A stretch of 64,000 nt of DNA from Gemmatimonadota bacterium (GCA_025358055.1 JANYKV010000121.1:585-64584), one strand, 5' to 3'; numbered from the stretch's first letter, positions 56,175 through 63,702 are shown. The notes: a model not told the origin generated them from the sequence alone. Numbers and translations: made by a program.

Positions 56175-57089
56175 TCAGTCCTTTGGCGGGCAACGGAGGA
56201 GAATGATCGTCCCCGGCAACCTGCGGCGGCTTTCACTCGTGAGAACGAGGGTGCTTTCGTCCCACCAATCGATCCCTTCCCCTTGAGGTTCAAAACCAAA
56301 AACGGAGCATTGGTTTGGGCCCCTCGCAGGCACCAAATGGCCATCGAGCGACCGTTCAAACAGGAAGAGATCACGGTAGGTCCGCACCACCACTGCTTTT
56401 CGATCGGGCGACAGGGCAGCACCGGTCACCAGCCGGCCCGTGGCCGCGTCGATAGAAATCGGTAGCCGTTCAACGAGCGTGGCGGTGTGGCGGGCCCCAT
56501 CGTTCCATCCCAGAGCGGGTAGTACGAAATGCTCTACCGGCCCACTCCGGCCCTTGGTGATGAGATGGACCCGGCTCCCTTCGTCCACGTACATCGCCTC
56601 GACGTCATGGGGACCATCGGGATAGACGAATAGGAGCGAATCGGCCGGCGCCGTAGCCCCGGACGCTCCCGCGACTTTTCCGACCAGGGGTTCAGGAACC
56701 CGGTACAGCCGGACGAAGTGACGGCGTTCGCGGTTGTCTCCGGTGTCGGCGATGTAGATGCAGAGTCCGCGCGGACAGGCGCCGAATGCAATCTCTTCCC
56801 AATCCTGATTTGAGGCGCCGGTGACGGCGAAGATGGCTCGGGTCTCACCCGTGGTATCCACCGCAAAGAGCCAGGGATCGTTTCCAGAATCATTCTGGGT
56901 CCAGAGGATTCCGGGTTGCGTGCGACTCACGGCCGCACCGGAACTCTCCACGAGATGAACATTTCGAAAGACGCCGGTGCGCCTGACCTGGCTGGGCGCG
57001 ACCGGGCGCCACTGGGCGGACGCACGGACCGGCCAAATTAGCGACCCGAAGAGAAGGCCGAGGAGGGCCGGATGCGTTCCGTGGCGCAT
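56175..57089 (-). CDS. Secreted hypothetical protein (beta-propeller-like)
   Basis: ORF trimmed to ATG 57089 (TGATG overlap with the upstream stop), giving signal peptide MRHGTHPALLGLLFGSLIWPVRASA. Motifs ESSG...NDSG, DWEEIA, IADTGDN. Family unknown. Confidence 0.6.
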   Translation of the reverse strand: MRHGTHPALLGLLFGSLIWPVRASAQWRPVAPSQVRRTGVFRNVHLVESSGAAVSRTQPGILWTQNDSGNDPWLFAVDTTGETRAIFAVTGASNQDWEEIAFGACPRGLCIYIADTGDNRERRHFVRLYRVPEPLVGKVAGASGATAPADSLLFVYPDGPHDVEAMYVDEGSRVHLITKGRSGPVEHFVLPALGWNDGARHTATLVERLPISIDAATGRLVTGAALSPDRKAVVVRTYRDLFLFERSLDGHLVPARGPNQCSVFGFEPQGEGIDWWDESTLVLTSESRRRLPGTIILLRCPPKD

Positions 57090-58858
57090 CACATCCCGAA
57101 AACCATGAGGACACCACCCGGATTCGTATAGTTCCCGAGGTCGGTAAACGCCGGAGTGCCCCCCACACCGGGCCATTGTCCTAGACCACTTAGAATCGCC
57201 AGGTATTGGTGACCATCGCGGTCGCTGAACGTGATTGGGCTCCCGGCGATCCCAGAGGGCATCTTGAACTTCCAGAGTTCCTCACCGGTCTTGTGGTCCA
57301 CCGCCTTGAGCCACCCATCCATCGTACCATAGAATACAACCCCTCCGGCGGTCGCGAGAGGTCCGCCCAAGATGCCGAGCGATTCCTTGCTCTCCCATGC
57401 GATGGTTCCATTGGTGGCGTCCCACGCGATAAATCGCCCCCGATTTCCGCCGGGCCCGGCAGTGAAGGCGATTTTGGTCCCGATATATGGCTTGCCGGGG
57501 ATATACGTCACCGGGGTTCCTTGGATATCCATGCACACGTTGGTGATCGAAACGTAGAAAAGGCCACTCAACGGTGAGAAGGCCGCTGGTTGCTGTCCTT
57601 TGATGCCTAGTGATGAAGGGCAGACCCCTAGCGTCTTCCGTTCAGTTCCAACGCTATAGCGCCCGTCGCGAACCGGGAGTCCAGTCCCCAAGTCAATCGT
57701 GCTCGCCCAATTCACCGGGCCGAACCGTTCCGCCAGCAAGAGTTTGCCATTGGTACGATCGATCGTGTAGGCGAACCCGTTGGGATCAAAATGCACGAGG
57801 GCCTTCACTGATTTTCCGCCCACCGTGAGATCAGCAAGAATACTTTCGTTTGATCCACCGTACGCCCATTCATCATGTGGAGTTACCTGATAGGCCCAGC
57901 GGACCTTTCCCGTGGTGACGTCGCGGGCGAAGATGGTGGACGACCACTTGTTGTCCCCGGGACGCAGGGTCGCGTTCCCGGGGGCCGCATTGCCGGTTCC
58001 GTAGTACAGGAGATCCAGGTCGGGATCGTAGGAAATCCATCCATCCGGCGCTCCGCCGCCGTTGCGCCACGCCTCGCCCGCCCACGAGGACACGCCAAGA
58101 TCTTTCCCTTGATGAGAGGGGTAGTGCGGATTGGCGGTTCCGGTGAGAAGGACGTCGGCGTCCGGGCCTGTGCTGTAAGCCCGCCAGAGCAATTGCCCAG
58201 TTAGCGCGTTGAGTGCTGTCAGGTATCCGCGCACGCCATGATCCCCGCCCGCCATTCCCATGAGGACCATATCGCGAATGACGAGGGGTGCGGGGGGAGT
58301 CGTCGCGCCGGTTTTGTAGTCTGCTGTCTTCACGCGCCAAATCTCGTGTCCTGTTTTCGCGTCGATCGCCGCGAGGTCGCCCTGGAGTAGAGGTACGTAG
58401 AGCTTCCCGCCCGGATGATACGCGAGCCCCCAACTCGTGCCGTCGCAGCAGGAAGTCGGCATCGCGTCTTTGGGCGGTGTCGGTGCGTATTTCCATATGA
58501 TGGGCGCGCCGGGTCGGGCGAGGTCCAGGGCGAATACGACGTTGGGGTAAGGGGTGTGAACGTACAGGGTTTGCCCCACCACGAGGGGGTTTCCCCCATG
58601 ATTGCGGAGCGAGCCCGTGGCGAACGACCAGATGGGCCGGAGGTTCCGGACTGTTGCGGCATTAATGGCGGTGAGCGGACTGAAGCGGGTGAGAGCATAG
58701 TCCTTTGCCGGGAGTTGCCACTCGCCCACCGGCGCCGTCGCTGGCCAAGCCGGAGGCTTGGCGGCGGGGGTCTGTCCGGCACTGCGGAACGACAGACTCA
58801 GCAGAGCGAGAAGCATGAGCCTCCCGCCCCGGTATGGTCTGACAGACCTCCGCTTCAC
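57089..58858 (-). CDS. PQQ-dependent dehydrogenase (methanol/ethanol quinoprotein family)
   Basis: ORF trimmed to GTG 58858 (GTGA overlap with the upstream stop), giving a signal peptide. Vicinal-Cys SCCDG motif. Repeated W-docking propeller pattern. 590 aa. Confidence 0.8.
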   Translation of the reverse strand: MKRRSVRPYRGGRLMLLALLSLSFRSAGQTPAAKPPAWPATAPVGEWQLPAKDYALTRFSPLTAINAATVRNLRPIWSFATGSLRNHGGNPLVVGQTLYVHTPYPNVVFALDLARPGAPIIWKYAPTPPKDAMPTSCCDGTSWGLAYHPGGKLYVPLLQGDLAAIDAKTGHEIWRVKTADYKTGATTPPAPLVIRDMVLMGMAGGDHGVRGYLTALNALTGQLLWRAYSTGPDADVLLTGTANPHYPSHQGKDLGVSSWAGEAWRNGGGAPDGWISYDPDLDLLYYGTGNAAPGNATLRPGDNKWSSTIFARDVTTGKVRWAYQVTPHDEWAYGGSNESILADLTVGGKSVKALVHFDPNGFAYTIDRTNGKLLLAERFGPVNWASTIDLGTGLPVRDGRYSVGTERKTLGVCPSSLGIKGQQPAAFSPLSGLFYVSITNVCMDIQGTPVTYIPGKPYIGTKIAFTAGPGGNRGRFIAWDATNGTIAWESKESLGILGGPLATAGGVVFYGTMDGWLKAVDHKTGEELWKFKMPSGIAGSPITFSDRDGHQYLAILSGLGQWPGVGGTPAFTDLGNYTNPGGVLMVFGM

Positions 58859-60066
58859 TTCTTCTTCCTGAAAATTGTGGGGTCGTAGACGCTCCGAGGA
58901 TTCCAAAGGACCCATGACTTGAGCCCCACGTCCTCTACCGCTTGGATTTGGGCTCGGACCATGGCAGGCGTGTAATGCGGCGGCCCCAGAGTGAAGGCCT
59001 GCAAATAGGGGCGAATCTCGGCCCGTTGGGCCAGTGGGCCCGAGCGGCGGACAGCATCTTCCAACGCATGACGAACGACCTTGTACGGCTCGCTGTTTGG
59101 ATGTCGCATTTTGTAGAAGGTGTCGTAGTAGTGGCTGGGGTACACCATTGGAAGGACGACATCCGCGGTGCTGGCGAGATCCTCCCAAAGTTGCCCGATG
59201 CCCATGTCGATCGGGACGGTGGTGGTGAGGCCGAACACATCAATTGTGAAGGGAACGCCCAACGGCTTCGTCCGATCGCGCATGAGGCGAAGGTTTCTGG
59301 CGATGCCGTCCCGAACCGTTTCTTGCCCCCGGCGCGCCGGGAAAATTGCCGTCGCAAGCCGATGAGGAGGCTCGTCGGGAAAACGCACATAGTCGTATTG
59401 AACCTCCGCGAACCCTGCCTTGACCGCTTCGGACGCAATCTGGGAAGCATATACCCACACTGAATCGTTGAACGCGTCCACCCAGGCGAAGTTCTTCCGA
59501 TCTCTCCACAGCCCACCGGCGGTGCTCTTCACTGCCCACGCCGATTTGCGCGTGGCAAGAAGCGGATCCTTCGCGACGACAATTCGAGCGATGGGGTAAA
59601 TGTTGTGTGCGATCAGCGTACGCAACCGTTGGCGAGTGTCCCGGGCCCGCAACTGCTTGTCGGCCCCGATCTCCTTCACGGTCGGAATGTCCATTCCATA
59701 GGTTAGGTACCCAGTATCGTCCTTGACGTCGATAATGAAGGCGTTGATCTCCGTCGTATCGGCCAGCCGAACCAGGTCGTTCAGTTTACGAGATCCAAAA
59801 ACCCACGCATTGAGGTAGATCCCGTGTACGGCCGCGGGTGGCTTCTGGAGTGGGGGTGCTGGATGGGCGATCGGGGCCGTTACCAGGAGTCCGTGGGGAT
59901 AGGGAATCCGTTTTGGGGCGTGAGGCGGGGCCAGTTCATCGCCCCACCCGCCCTTAACGTCACTGGATTGACCCGAGAGCGACACCCCACCGAGGAGGAG
60001 GCACGACAGAAGTTGAGGGAGCCGGGTCGAACGTCGCATGGGGGTCGATGTCAATCGGGTGAGCAT
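58855..60066 (-). CDS. Secreted putative glycoside hydrolase (DUF4015-like TIM barrel)
   Basis: INAFIIDVKDDTG, WVDAFN, QYDYVRFPDEP are motifs characteristic of the DUF4015/GHL family. Confidence 0.65.
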   Translation of the reverse strand: MLTRLTSTPMRRSTRLPQLLSCLLLGGVSLSGQSSDVKGGWGDELAPPHAPKRIPYPHGLLVTAPIAHPAPPLQKPPAAVHGIYLNAWVFGSRKLNDLVRLADTTEINAFIIDVKDDTGYLTYGMDIPTVKEIGADKQLRARDTRQRLRTLIAHNIYPIARIVVAKDPLLATRKSAWAVKSTAGGLWRDRKNFAWVDAFNDSVWVYASQIASEAVKAGFAEVQYDYVRFPDEPPHRLATAIFPARRGQETVRDGIARNLRLMRDRTKPLGVPFTIDVFGLTTTVPIDMGIGQLWEDLASTADVVLPMVYPSHYYDTFYKMRHPNSEPYKVVRHALEDAVRRSGPLAQRAEIRPYLQAFTLGPPHYTPAMVRAQIQAVEDVGLKSWVLWNPRSVYDPTIFRKKK

Positions 60067-60215
60067 ACACGGTCTGAACCAACCTTAGGAAACATACGGG
60101 GATAAATAGGCCCGGCTCCATCGGTTTACAAGGTGATGCCCTTGGCCCGCACCGCTGGTTTGGGTACGATTCGAAGGCAGCTAACCTCCCAATTCGCGTA
60201 AGGGGTACCCAATCG

Positions 60216-60449
60216 ATGAAAGTTTCCATCGAATACTGTACCGTTTGAAACTACGAGCCCCGGGCCGTCAGTTTGGCGGCCGAAGTCAGATCGAAACATC
60301 CCCAGGCGACCGTCGAGTTGATTCCCTCCAAGGGGGGGGTCTTCGAGGTGGTGGTCGAGGGCCGGTTGGTGTTCTCGAAAAAGGCCGAGCATCGGCACGC
60401 CAATCCGGGAGAGGTCTTGAGAAAAATCAGGATGGCTAAGGAGACGTAA
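60216..60449 (+). CDS. SelW/Rdx-family redox protein with in-frame TGA (candidate selenocysteine, CxxU)
   Basis: Not in the ORF track because TGA splits it. My translation: MKVSIEYCTV-U(TGA 60246-60248)-NYEPRAVSLAAEVRSKHPQATVELIPSKGGVFEVVVEGRLVFSKKAEHRHANPGEVLRKIRMAKET*. Matches the Rdx pattern IEYCxxC/U..RA..LA.E......V.L.P...G.FEV.V.G.L.FSK. The frame stays open for 66 codons after the TGA with high GC3. AAGGGG lies 10 nt before the ATG. Stop TAA overlaps the pfk ATG (TAATG). Confidence 0.7.
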
Positions 60450-61591
60450 TGCGCATCGCCATTTCCACGGGCGGAGGAGATGCTCCTGGACTGAACGCAG
60501 TCATTCGAGCCATCGTGCTGTCGGCGCTCCAGCGCGGCTGGGAGATATTCGGGATTCGGCGGGGTTACGACGGACTCTACATTCGTGGCCGGACGACGTC
60601 GCTCTCCGCAACGCACGTTGGGCAGGAGCGACGAAAGGGCCAAAGCCAAGGTGGCTTGATCGCAATGGGCCCCGAACAGGTTCGCGGGATTACCCACCTC
60701 GGGGGCACGATCCTGGGGACGACCAATCGAGGTAACCCTTTCAAGTGGCCCACCCGGCAGCCCGACGGCTCCATTCTGGAAGTGGATCGGAGTGATGAAC
60801 TGCTCCGTGCGTTTCGCGAAGCTAAGCTCGACGCATTGGTCTCTATCGGCGGGGATGGTAGCCTACAGATTGCTCACGATCTCTGGAAGAAAGGCATCCC
60901 CGCCGTCGGCGTGCCCAAGACCATCGATAACGATGTGGTGGGCACCGATTCTACCTTCGGGTTCGACACCGCCGTCAGTACCGCGACCGACGCCATTGAT
61001 AAGCTGCACTCCACCGCCGAAAGCCATGACCGGGTGTTCGTCGTTGAGCTCATGGGTCGCTATGCCGGATGGATCACGCTTCACAGCGGGCTCTCCGGCA
61101 GCGCCGATGTGATTCTCATCCCGGAAATCCCGTTCGACATCGAGAAGGTATGCCAAAAGATCCGCGACCGAGATGCCCAGGGTAGGCGATTCTCCATTGT
61201 GGTAGTGGCGGAAGGCGCCCGGCCGTATGGCGGCGCGATCGTGTTGAAAGAGTCCGCTCAAAGGGGAACGGTGGAGCGGCTGGGAGGCATTGGTGCCGTG
61301 GTAGCCCAGGAGATCGTCGAACGCACTGGGAAAGAAACGCGTAGCCTAGTACTCGGCCACCTTCAGCGCGGGGGCAGCCCCTCAACCTTCGATCGCCTGT
61401 TGGCGCTTCGCTTAGGCTCCGCCGCGGCACGGGCGATTGCCGACCGGGACTTCGGAAGTGTGGTGGTCTATACGCCGCCCACCGTGAGCCGCCTCCCGCT
61501 GTCGGCCGTGATCGGGAAAACCAAGCTAGTGCCGCTCGACAGCGGAGTAATTCTCACTGCGAGGAGCCTCGGAATCTGTCTCGGAGATTGA
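60449..61591 (+). CDS. pfkA: 6-phosphofructokinase (ATP- or PPi-dependent; donor not resolvable)
   Basis: GGGDAPGLNAVIRA, IGGDGS, PKTIDNDV, ELMGRYAGW. Confidence 0.9.
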   Translation: MRIAISTGGGDAPGLNAVIRAIVLSALQRGWEIFGIRRGYDGLYIRGRTTSLSATHVGQERRKGQSQGGLIAMGPEQVRGITHLGGTILGTTNRGNPFKWPTRQPDGSILEVDRSDELLRAFREAKLDALVSIGGDGSLQIAHDLWKKGIPAVGVPKTIDNDVVGTDSTFGFDTAVSTATDAIDKLHSTAESHDRVFVVELMGRYAGWITLHSGLSGSADVILIPEIPFDIEKVCQKIRDRDAQGRRFSIVVVAEGARPYGGAIVLKESAQRGTVERLGGIGAVVAQEIVERTGKETRSLVLGHLQRGGSPSTFDRLLALRLGSAAARAIADRDFGSVVVYTPPTVSRLPLSAVIGKTKLVPLDSGVILTARSLGICLGD

Positions 61592-61599
61592 GGCCGGCA

Positions 61600-61953
61600 C
61601 TACAATCCGCGCACGAACGGCTTCGCCGGACCGGATAGGTGGCTCTCGGGGCCCGGCTTCCAGAGCACCTGGCGTTCGATCAATTCCGCGACCTCGAAGT
61701 CCTTGACCGTGATCCCGCCGGCGCTGTGAGTACTGAGGGACACCTCCACGGCCGGCCAGCTTACCTGCAGATTGGGATGGTGGTCCGCCGCTTCACACAC
61801 AAAGGCGATAGCATTGACTACGAGTAGCGTTCCTCGCCAACCATCCGTACGATACGTCCTCTGAATGGATCCACTCCGATAGGTCCATCCCGGCACGGTT
61901 TGAAGCCGCTCCCCGATCTGCTGATCCGTAAGCCTGACTTCATCTCCTGACAT
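61600..61953 (-). CDS. Pterin-4-alpha-carbinolamine dehydratase (PCD/DCoH family)
   Basis: GW.......I.R.Y....W......VN.IAFV.E..DHHPNL...W..V...L.THS.GG.T..D is the family pattern. Confidence 0.8.
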   Translation of the reverse strand: MSGDEVRLTDQQIGERLQTVPGWTYRSGSIQRTYRTDGWRGTLLVVNAIAFVCEAADHHPNLQVSWPAVEVSLSTHSAGGITVKDFEVAELIERQVLWKPGPESHLSGPAKPFVRGL

Positions 61954-61986
61954 GAAGCGCCCCCTTCCTGTCCCGTTCGAGAGGTT

Positions 61987-62544
61987 CTAAGACCCGAAGG
62001 GCACCGTGAAAAATGCGGATTGGCCTATGGTCTCCTCGATTTCGACTTCGATGGTCGAAAGCGTACTCAGGCCCGTCTGAACCAAGTTATCGCGAATCAT
62101 GAGGGCAAAGTATTCCGCAATCATTTCCGCCGTTGTGTTCGTCACCGGGAGCAGGGCGCAGTCGGCGCGCGGGAACGTATAGCGCACGCGACCGAGGTAG
62201 TCGACCTCGAGACTGTCCCCCTCCTCGCGAAGGACCAGCTTGGGGTTTTTGGTGGGAAGCAGCACTCGATGGTCGATTTTCTCGACGTGCGGTCGGACTA
62301 TTCGCTTCAAGACACCGAAATCGACCACGAAGGAGCACTCGGGGTCCACGTCTCCAACCACGGTTACACCCACCCTGTAGTTGTGGCCGTGGAGCGACTC
62401 ACACGTATGACCAAGGAGTGTGATAAAGTGGGCAGAACTGAACCCGAGATAGTCCTTACAGACGGTCACTCTAAAGTTGCGCGACACGGCTCTCCCGCAC
62501 GGTTCAGGTCGACCTTCCCCCAGGGTCTGGGTCTTCGCGGCCAA
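61987..62544 (-). CDS. 6-pyruvoyl-tetrahydropterin synthase / QueD-family enzyme
   Basis: FSSAHF...CESLHGHNYRV (Cys plus HGH zinc and catalytic motifs). The track start at 62544 is TTG. An alternative GTG at 62487 is preceded by GGGAGAG. Confidence 0.75.
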   Translation of the reverse strand: MAAKTQTLGEGRPEPCGRAVSRNFRVTVCKDYLGFSSAHFITLLGHTCESLHGHNYRVGVTVVGDVDPECSFVVDFGVLKRIVRPHVEKIDHRVLLPTKNPKLVLREEGDSLEVDYLGRVRYTFPRADCALLPVTNTTAEMIAEYFALMIRDNLVQTGLSTLSTIEVEIEETIGQSAFFTVPFGS

Positions 62545-62574
62545 ATATAGCCCCCGCCCGCGAACCCACGGGTG

Positions 62575-62606
62575 AAACGAGACGGGACACGCCCCTGTCT
62601 CGTTTT
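62575..62606. terminator. A-tract / hairpin / T-tract dyad (bidirectional terminator-like; alternatively an enhancer-binding dyad)
   Basis: AAACGAGACGGG-ACACGC-CCCTGTCTCGTTTT. 12 bp pair (with one bulged T) if the A/T ends are included. Lies 31 nt upstream of the PTPS TTG start and about 60 nt upstream of the sigma-54-like -24 box. Confidence 0.4.
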
Positions 62607-62664
62607 GCGGACATTTCCCGTAGTGAACCTAGCGGATCTGATTGTAAATCAATGAGATATGAGA

Positions 62665-62680
62665 TGGCACGGACCTGGCA
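62665..62680 (+). promoter_or_regulatory. Sigma-54-type -24/-12 promoter match (P1)
   Basis: TGGCACG-GACC-TGGCA versus consensus TGGCACG-N4-TTGCW. GG (62666-62667) and GC (62678-62679) have the canonical spacing. One mismatch. Confidence 0.45.
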
Positions 62681-62856
62681 CATGGTCGAAGGCAGTTCGG
62701 CACTCAATCTTTGGACCATTTTGCCGAAAGTACATAGGAAAGACATTCAAAATGGACGGGCGGTGTTTTCGCCCTATTGAACTGAGCCTGGCCGTCCTAC
62801 CAACGCGCAGTGTTTCCGGCCGACTCACTAAACCCATGGCTCCCCGCCTGGGTTCG

Positions 62857-62890
62857 ACAGGCCCCGCTTCGGCGGGGCCTGTTGTTTATA
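62857..62890 (+). terminator. Rho-independent terminator with no annotated gene upstream on its strand
   Basis: ACAGGCCCCGC-TTCG-GCGGGGCCTGT is a perfect 11-bp stem with a UUCG tetraloop, followed by TGTTTATA. The complementary strand lacks a T-tract, so it is directional (+). Confidence 0.7.
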
Positions 62891-63024
62891 GCAGGTTGCC
62901 CCTCGACAACCCACCATTCCGAGCTTGCAGTGCTGTCCCGATTGAGCTTCAACGTCCAGGGCGAGCGACAGTCTCGATCCAGCCGCCGGGTGCTATGATC
63001 TGAAAATTCAAGAGGATACTCATC

Positions 63025-63040
63025 TGGCACGAGGTTCGCT
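63025..63040 (+). promoter_or_regulatory. Sigma-54-type -24/-12 promoter match (P2) upstream of the 63091 gene
   Basis: C-TGGCACG-AGGT-TCGCT versus YTGGCACG-N4-TTGCW. GG 63026-63027 and GC 63038-63039 have canonical spacing. The predicted start is about 40 nt before the ATG. Confidence 0.5.
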
Positions 63041-63090
63041 TTCCTCCATCGACACGTGTTCATCCGGTGAAAAATTAGAGGAGGCGCTCG

Positions 63091-63603
63091 ATGTCCAGGT
63101 CGATGCTTGTTGGTTCTGTTCTCGTGGCTGTCCTTGCCTCAGTCCCGTCTTCAGTGAACGCGCAACGCGAGTCGAGGGACCATGACTCCCGGTCCCGGCG
63201 CGCGGAAGGTCGGGTGAATGATGGCCGACACTACACCACCGAACGGTATCGCCACGGGCCCCCTGTGGTCGAGCGCCGGGCGTATGTCGCGCCAAGAATC
63301 ATTGAGCGCTACGCTCCACGTACCCTTGCTATCGAATCGTGGCCGTTTCCAGGCCACCGCGGGGTGCGCTTCCAACGCTTTCCGGTTCGATATGTGACCG
63401 TGTATTTCGATCCCAGGAGCGAGGAGTACTTTGATAGTTACCGTCCTGGGTTGCGGGAGGTGGAAGTCTGTGAGTCCGGGGGCCGCTACTATTACCGGGA
63501 GGATCGAGACGAACGGTATTATCAGGACCGTCACTATCGCCGGTACGACCGGGATCGGGATGATCGGTCGCCCGTAGACTCTCACCAAGGAATCTCGTGC
63601 TAG
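63091..63603 (+). CDS. Small secreted Arg/Tyr/Asp/Glu-rich protein of unknown function
   Basis: GAGGAGG RBS. Signal peptide MSRSMLVGSVLVAVLASVPSSVNAQ. The mature part is extremely charged (RYYYREDRDERYYQDRHYRRYDRDRDDR). Flanked by a sigma-54-like promoter and a strong terminator. Confidence 0.75.
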   Translation: MSRSMLVGSVLVAVLASVPSSVNAQRESRDHDSRSRRAEGRVNDGRHYTTERYRHGPPVVERRAYVAPRIIERYAPRTLAIESWPFPGHRGVRFQRFPVRYVTVYFDPRSEEYFDSYRPGLREVEVCESGGRYYYREDRDERYYQDRHYRRYDRDRDDRSPVDSHQGISC

Positions 63604-63609
63604 GATTCC

Positions 63610-63644
63610 GATGCGGGGCCCGGAGCGGGCCCCGCATCTTTTTT
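63610..63644 (+). terminator. Rho-independent terminator
   Basis: GATGCGGGGCCCG-GAG-CGGGCCCCGCATC (13-bp perfect stem) followed by TTTTTT, 7 nt after the stop codon. Confidence 0.9.
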
Positions 63645-63702
63645 GGTGTTACCTACTCGGCTTATCTTTCGCCAGCGCCTTTCAAGCAACCGTGAGGATC
63701 GA

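Noticed and set aside
60332-60339. G8 homopolymer inside the SelW-like gene as a phase-variation tract. Similar runs are C8 at 12887-12894 and at 17414-17421.
   Set aside because: Runs of this length are common in 65%-GC DNA. This one simply encodes Gly-Gly in the conserved GG.FEV motif, and there is no evidence of length variation from a single sequence.
60251-60697. Minus-strand ORF 60251..60697 (148 aa) and plus ORF 60245..60439 (64 aa)
   Set aside because: They are antisense or out-of-frame shadows of the SelW-like gene and the pfk start, with low-complexity products.
62545-62700. preQ1 or THF-type riboswitch upstream of the QueD/PTPS-family gene
   Set aside because: I could not fit the preQ1-I consensus (P1 stem, UUC..., A-rich tail) or any riboswitch I know. 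The distance between the likely -10 and the hairpin (about 30 nt) is too short for an aptamer. A covariance-model scan is needed.
62836-62895. tmRNA- or tRNA-like signal GCCTGGGTTCGACAGGC (resembles the GGATTCGACAGG of the tmRNA 5' region or a T-arm)
   Set aside because: No GGGG acceptor 5' end, no matching 3' acceptor/CCA, no resume-codon/tag ORF and no cloverleaf could be built on either strand. The CAGGC arm is part of the terminator stem.
62991-62999. Extended -10 promoter TGCTATGAT upstream of the 63091 gene
   Set aside because: It has no acceptable -35 and is less specific than the sigma-54 match 30 nt downstream. I kept it only as the alternative that transcription-start mapping could reveal.
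62659-63003. ORF 62659..63003 (114 aa) and its internal start at 62752 with an AGGAAAG upstream
   Set aside because: GC3 is only about 57% by my count, against very high GC3 in real genes here. The frame also runs straight through a perfect intrinsic terminator, and the product has no features.
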